Positions 59,352 through 64,000 of a stretch of 64,000 nucleotides of DNA are shown piece after piece. The stretch lies in NCBI RefSeq assembly GCF_009914755.1, contig NC_060931.1. One strand, 5' to 3'. Source of the DNA: the human T2T-CHM13v2.0 reference genome, Homo sapiens. How positions within the stretch are numbered: the stretch's first letter is position 1; the number at the start of each line of letters is the position of its first letter. The position numbers and the translations under genes were made by a program. The notes beneath the pieces were generated by a model that did no database searches, was not told the DNA's origin, and worked only from the letters and a program-made list of their open reading frames with translations.

Positions 59352-59630
59352 GCAAAAGCAAACACATACCTGCTCACTGCCATACGCACGACCAAACACA
59401 TCTGGAATATTCAAAGCAAGTTCACCTTCTCCATCTTCACTGTGGAAGCTCTTTAATAAGTGGCACTTTGTGTAAACCCTCTATAAATCATGAAAAACAG
59501 ATTCGAAATGCCTGGATTTAATAATATTAAACATCACTGCCATAGTCATCTCTCTGTGTAAACGATATTTGGGTAAGGCTTGCCATCACAACATTTCTTT
59601 CCTGAGAATGGAGCTGGTCCTCTGTTTATA

Positions 59631-59855
59631 TCATAAGTGCGCATGCTCTGAGCTGTGGTCACTGTCGTGACTGTCTTCATTTGCTATAGAGTCCCCTGTT
59701 TGCTGGAGGGTGGCTGCACCAATTCCCGACAGCTCTGATGGGAGAAGTGTTCCCTTTTTCACATTCACCAGTTCCTTTTCCCGAGCCGCAGCTCCTTGCT
59801 GTCCACCCTTTACCCTCTTCCACTTCATCCGCCTGTTTTGGAACCAGACTTTCAC
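59631..59855 (-). CDS. MEOX2: MEOX2 (GAX) terminal coding exon: homeodomain helix 3 and C-terminal tail (74 aa + stop)
   Basis: [44 protein letters not shown]...SEHAHL*. Polypyrimidine tract and AG acceptor at 59857-59856, at the common homeobox intron position before VKVWFQNRR. Confidence 0.98.
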   Translation of the reverse strand: MKVWFQNRRMKWKRVKGGQQGAAAREKELVNVKKGTLLPSELSGIGAATLQQTGDSIANEDSHDSDHSSEHAHL

Positions 59856-60779
59856 CTTCAACCAAGAAAGGGAACAAACAAACAGAAAAAAAGAGATAAT
59901 TAAAGTGACATTTTTTTCTCCTTAGTGTCATCAATGAAAAGAAGTTCCTCAAAGGCTTATACAAAGACACCATGAAGGAGTGAATAGAAAAATAAATCCA
60001 CGTTGAATTTAATCAGGTTACATGTTCATGATAATAATTTTTAAAGTTTCAAAAGGTGCATACAAAGTACTATATTTGTATTTTACAGCATACAATGTAA
60101 AATATGGAACTAAACAAAAACTTTGTCATTTAAGGCACTCAAAGCACTTGCGTCTATAAAGAGCTTCTGTGAATTGGAGCTAACATAATATTTGTGTTGG
60201 TCAAAGCCCCCCACTCCTAAGTTCTTCTTTGATTTGACATCCAGCTGTCATTTCCTGAACCAATTTAAAACATGCTCCTGCAGCTACTGATTAAGCGGCA
60301 TCTGAAAGGCCATACTCTGCCATCAGAAACTACTGCTGCTTTCACAAATCTTTATTTGACCATTCCACCTCACACTGAGCCTATCTTCTTTTGAACTCTT
60401 CTTTTTATTTTCTACCTTAATTCATTTATTTTACTTTGCAAATATTTGATCTAGTGATTTCTTTAAAATATGGTCACAATAAAAAATTCTCAACATTTGT
60501 TAAATGCTAACACCAAGATTATATACTACATCATTCACATCAGCTTTGTACAGGTATTTTCTTTTTAAAAGCTTCATTGAATTTGCCTAATACATTTAAA
60601 TAAATATATATATTTAAATAACATATATGTATTAAAAACAAAAAAAAACAGCAAACAGACATTAAAGGTCTATACATTATCAGAACTAGAATATAATTGG
60701 CATTATTGCATCTTGTTTAGGAGGAAATCTGTTTCTTTCACATTGCATTTCTCATAATTATAGCTTCTAGCAAGCAAAG

Positions 60780-62080
60780 TGTTCTTTTTACATTGTATTT
60801 CTCTGTCTACCCCACCTAAAAGTACCACAAGCCTGAATTTTGTGTGTCACCTCCAAGTCTTTCTTAAAAAAGAAAACAAATTTTTTTCATAACAAGTAAT
60901 ATTAAAACTATACTCTTTAATTTTATTTGTTTGTTAGGTTTATCAATGGAATGTTCCTAAGTGTAGGCTTTTTGCCACATCTTTGTTGATTCAAAAGACT
61001 CTATTTATTTATTTTTTATCATTGTATAATATTCCAAATTCTGTCAATATAGCACCATTTTTCTGTTCTACCATCCATGGATATTTGAATTCTTTTTTTT
61101 CTATATGTAATGCTGCTATAGACATTCTTGCATTTGTGTCCTGATAAGCATATCATGGGAACTTCCCTGGAGACTGCAGTTATATGGCTGCTGCTATCTA
61201 TCTTCTCTCAATGTATGCTGTTTCTTTTTCCTTTTCTTAGAGTGTCTTTTGATGATTAGAAACTCTTAATATTAATTAATATGTTTAAATTTATCTATTG
61301 TTTCTTTTATGACTAGTGTTTTGTGTTTTCTTTTTCTAAAAAAATCTATTTTCTGAAGCCAGTAAGATATTCTATTGTGTCTTCTTCTAAGAGTTTTAAA
61401 GGTTGCCTTTTCCAACACAGTGGGACCCTGTCTCTACAAATAAATAGATAAAATAAAATAAAATAAAATAAAATAAAATAAAATAAAATAAAATAAAATT
61501 AGGTGGGTGGGATGGCATAGTGCCTGTAGTCCCAGCTTCTCAGGAGGCTAGGGTTGGAGGATTGCTTGAGCCCAAGTGGTTGAGGTTGCAGTCAGTGGTT
61601 GTTGCACCACTGCACTCCAGCCTGGGCAACAGAGCAAGATCCTGTCTCAAAAAGAAAAAAAAAGTTTGCCTTTCAAACTGAGGTACTTAATCAATGAAGT
61701 ACTGATTTTAGTATATAGTCTGAAGAATAGGCTTAACTTTACTTTATTTTAAATGGATAACACATTGTCCCAGGTCCATTTATTAAATAACCCAGCTTTT
61801 TTCCAGTGATCACTGTTTCATCTGTGTTCATAAATCAAGTTTCCATATATGCATAGCTTTATTGCTGTATTCTGTTCTGTTCCTTTATTAATTTTTCTAT
61901 AGTTTTGATAAAACCACATTATCTTATTAATTATAATTTTATAATAAACCTTTATATTTGCTAGGGATAGTTCTGTTTCATTCTTCTACGTTAGAAATAT
62001 TTTGAATATTCTCTATTTTCAGTTTAGAAATAATTTCAATTTCTGTAAATAGTGCTATGGAGACAGTGAAGAAAAATATA
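60780..62080 (-). mobile_element. Degraded old L1M in the last MEOX2 intron, interrupted by an Alu
   Basis: 'aatgctgctatagacattcttg', 'gtgtctttt gatga', 'cacattgtcccaggtccatttattaaataa'. Confidence 0.65.
61412..61663 (+). mobile_element. 5'-truncated AluJ with a (TAAAA)n expansion of the middle A-rich linker
   Basis: 'gaccctgtctctacaaa(taaaa)n...ggaggattgcttgagccc...gcaagatcctgtctc'; TSD-like aag(g/t)ttgccttt. Confidence 0.88.
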
Positions 62081-62439
62081 TTAAATTTCCAAAGACATAA
62101 TTATATCAGTGATCTTCAAATCACGATGCTTCATCAGCATGCTTTCACAGTGAAATATTTAAACTGAGATATTTCTCTATTCTGGATTTTTCTTGGTCTC
62201 ACTTAGAGCCATAGTTGAAATCATGTATCATATATTGCCCAAACATGTATTAATCAATTTGACAATAAAAAATAAGAAAAAATAGTACAAAAAAGATTCA
62301 CTAAAAAGTAGTTGACGGGTGTTCACATATTATTATTACTTACTAAACAAAATAATCAGTAATTCCCTTTTATTATATACCTATGTAGGGATAGACAGCT
62401 ATACTATTGGTGCTGTTTATACAGTATTCTAATACAGTT

Positions 62440-62580
62440 TTCCAGATATTATTACCATTATTCTTATGTTATAGATGATAAAGTTGAGGTAAAGGTTAAG
62501 TGACTTACCTAAGATTACACAGAAAGGAAACCCTGGTGCCAGGATTTAAACGTGAGGGCTGGGGTTTGTTTGATTCCAGA
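62440..62580 (-). mobile_element. MIR
   Basis: 'atagatgataaagttgagg...aggttaagtgacttacctaagattacacag...ccaggatttaaac'. Confidence 0.75.
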
Positions 62581-64000
62581 TTCTGGGTTTTGTTTTTGGT
62601 TTTTTTGTTTGTTTGTTTTGGTTCCTGTTATATTTCAATCTCCTATTTTTAAAGCATTTGTAATAAAAAAAAAGCATATAGAGTATGTGGACGCCATCCA
62701 TGTGATTACTATCATTCAGGTAATTCTCCCACTTGATATAATTAGGTTTGTAAATATGACACTATTTTCCTGTATTATAATTTAGGTAATTACGCTACTG
62801 AGTTTAATTACCTTTGCAAGCTTGACATTGTATTTTGCATTAGATCTATTCCACATGAGTTGGGTTCTACTCTTGGCTTTACTTCTCCATTTTGTGTGAA
62901 TTCGAGAAAATTTTACTTCTCTCTACCTCAATTTTCATATTTCTAATATTGGAATCATAAGCCTTTCAAGATTCCCTATAGGGATATTTTCTCATGGACA
63001 ATTCCAGATGGAAGAAATACATATGTCATGATCATCATCATTGTCACCAAGAGCTGAAACATTCAGTCTAAATAATCCTGGCAGAAAAAGAGGAGAAATA
63101 TACTTTTAAAAATCCACATATATTTCTTTTTCTAGGAGAAGGGATATAGTAATTATATAATATCAGTATAAAACCTGTTATGGGCAATTCTAAATAAGAT
63201 AATTCTAAATGTAAGAATATGGTATTGATTTTAGATATATTATGGCCTATTTTGTGTTGTTTTCTATGTCTATCGTTGAAATTTTACCATTTTATTTTTT
63301 AAAATAGATTGAAAAAAGACTGAATAGTTAATTGCCAACAGTAGCTACATGTATATACATATGAATAGATATAAACATATAAGAATATGCATTTGATTAT
63401 ATAGAATAACTCTAATACCTTATATACTATTTTATTTAAAACCTAGATTATATATTTGATACTGAAATTCTGTGATCTTAGCAAGGAAACAAAAAATTGC
63501 AACAAATACATAATGGGCATATCTTATAGAAAATAGAAGGAAGAATATAGAACTCTAAAAGTCAATATGTTCAGATTTATTTTCAAATATACTATAAAAT
63601 ATTGGAGTGAATTAAAATAAATGGAGAAGGATTTTTGGAAAAACACACATTTTTCTATTAGCATCACGGTATTAGCAATCCCCCCAACAAAATCTGCAAA
63701 TTTAATTCCAGATTATAAATCAATATTGTCATTAATGTAGGACAGTAGTCAATTTATAAATAGAGACTTCATAGTATAATTTAGTATCACTTTATTAACC
63801 CAGCTTTATTGACTGTAATGAAAAAAACTTTTAGTTTTTGTTTTTAAGACAGCTAAATTATCATCATCCAAATGCGTAAAATTTTATTTACTAAAAAATA
63901 AGTATTTGAATTATTTTTATTTAAATTTATAAGCACATTTTATATAATAAGATTAATTTATAAACTACACAGAGTACAAGAATTCTCACATTTCCTTGGT

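Larger units (their letters stand above)
59150..59459. repeat. Two-copy ~153-157-bp tandem duplication in the MEOX2 3' UTR
   Basis: 40-bp identical core at 59170-59209 and 59323-59362; adjoining 80 bp match at 65/80. Confidence 0.93.
58456..59630 (-). other. MEOX2: MEOX2 3' UTR (3' end approximate)
   Basis: Transposon-free sequence between the TGA (59633-59631) and the AATAAA. Confidence 0.8.

Noticed and set aside
59463-59469. GCACTTT, a miR-17/20 seed match, in the MEOX2 UTR region
   Set aside because: It is on the plus strand; MEOX2 mRNA is the minus strand.
59856-59973. ORF-track starts upstream of the MEOX2 exon, and the overlapping 98-aa and 71-aa ORFs
   Set aside because: Intronic read-through past the splice acceptor, or alternative-frame and antisense shadows of the real exon.

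Overview
Human-type (primate) genomic DNA, AT-rich and repeat-dense. I recognise it from the encoded peptides as the AGMO-MEOX2 interval (7p21). Two genes lie on the minus strand in tandem: the last coding exon and 3' UTR of MEOX2 (CDS 59631-59855, polyA signal 58473-58478), and ~49 kb downstream the promoter and coding exons 1-2 of AGMO (8960-9085, 7381-7511). The rest is intron or intergenic sequence filled with L1, L2, L3, MIR, Alu (including a young AluYb8), LTR elements (THE1, MST, MLT1, MER11, MER52, MER57) and DNA-transposon fossils, plus a 35-nt U2 snRNA retro-fragment. I see no evidence of a new gene system. The most interesting unexplained structures are: (1) a 129-bp copy of AGMO intron 1 pasted into a THE1 LTR 6.5 kb away, with microhomology and a fold-back junction; (2) an old ~153-bp tandem duplication in the MEOX2 3' UTR whose miR-130/miR-148 site-bearing 40-bp core is identical between copies while the flank has diverged; (3) an 18-bp perfect palindrome coupled to a direct repeat, which looks like a template-switch scar. 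Repeat subfamily names come from remembered consensus sequences, and boundaries of old repeats are approximate.
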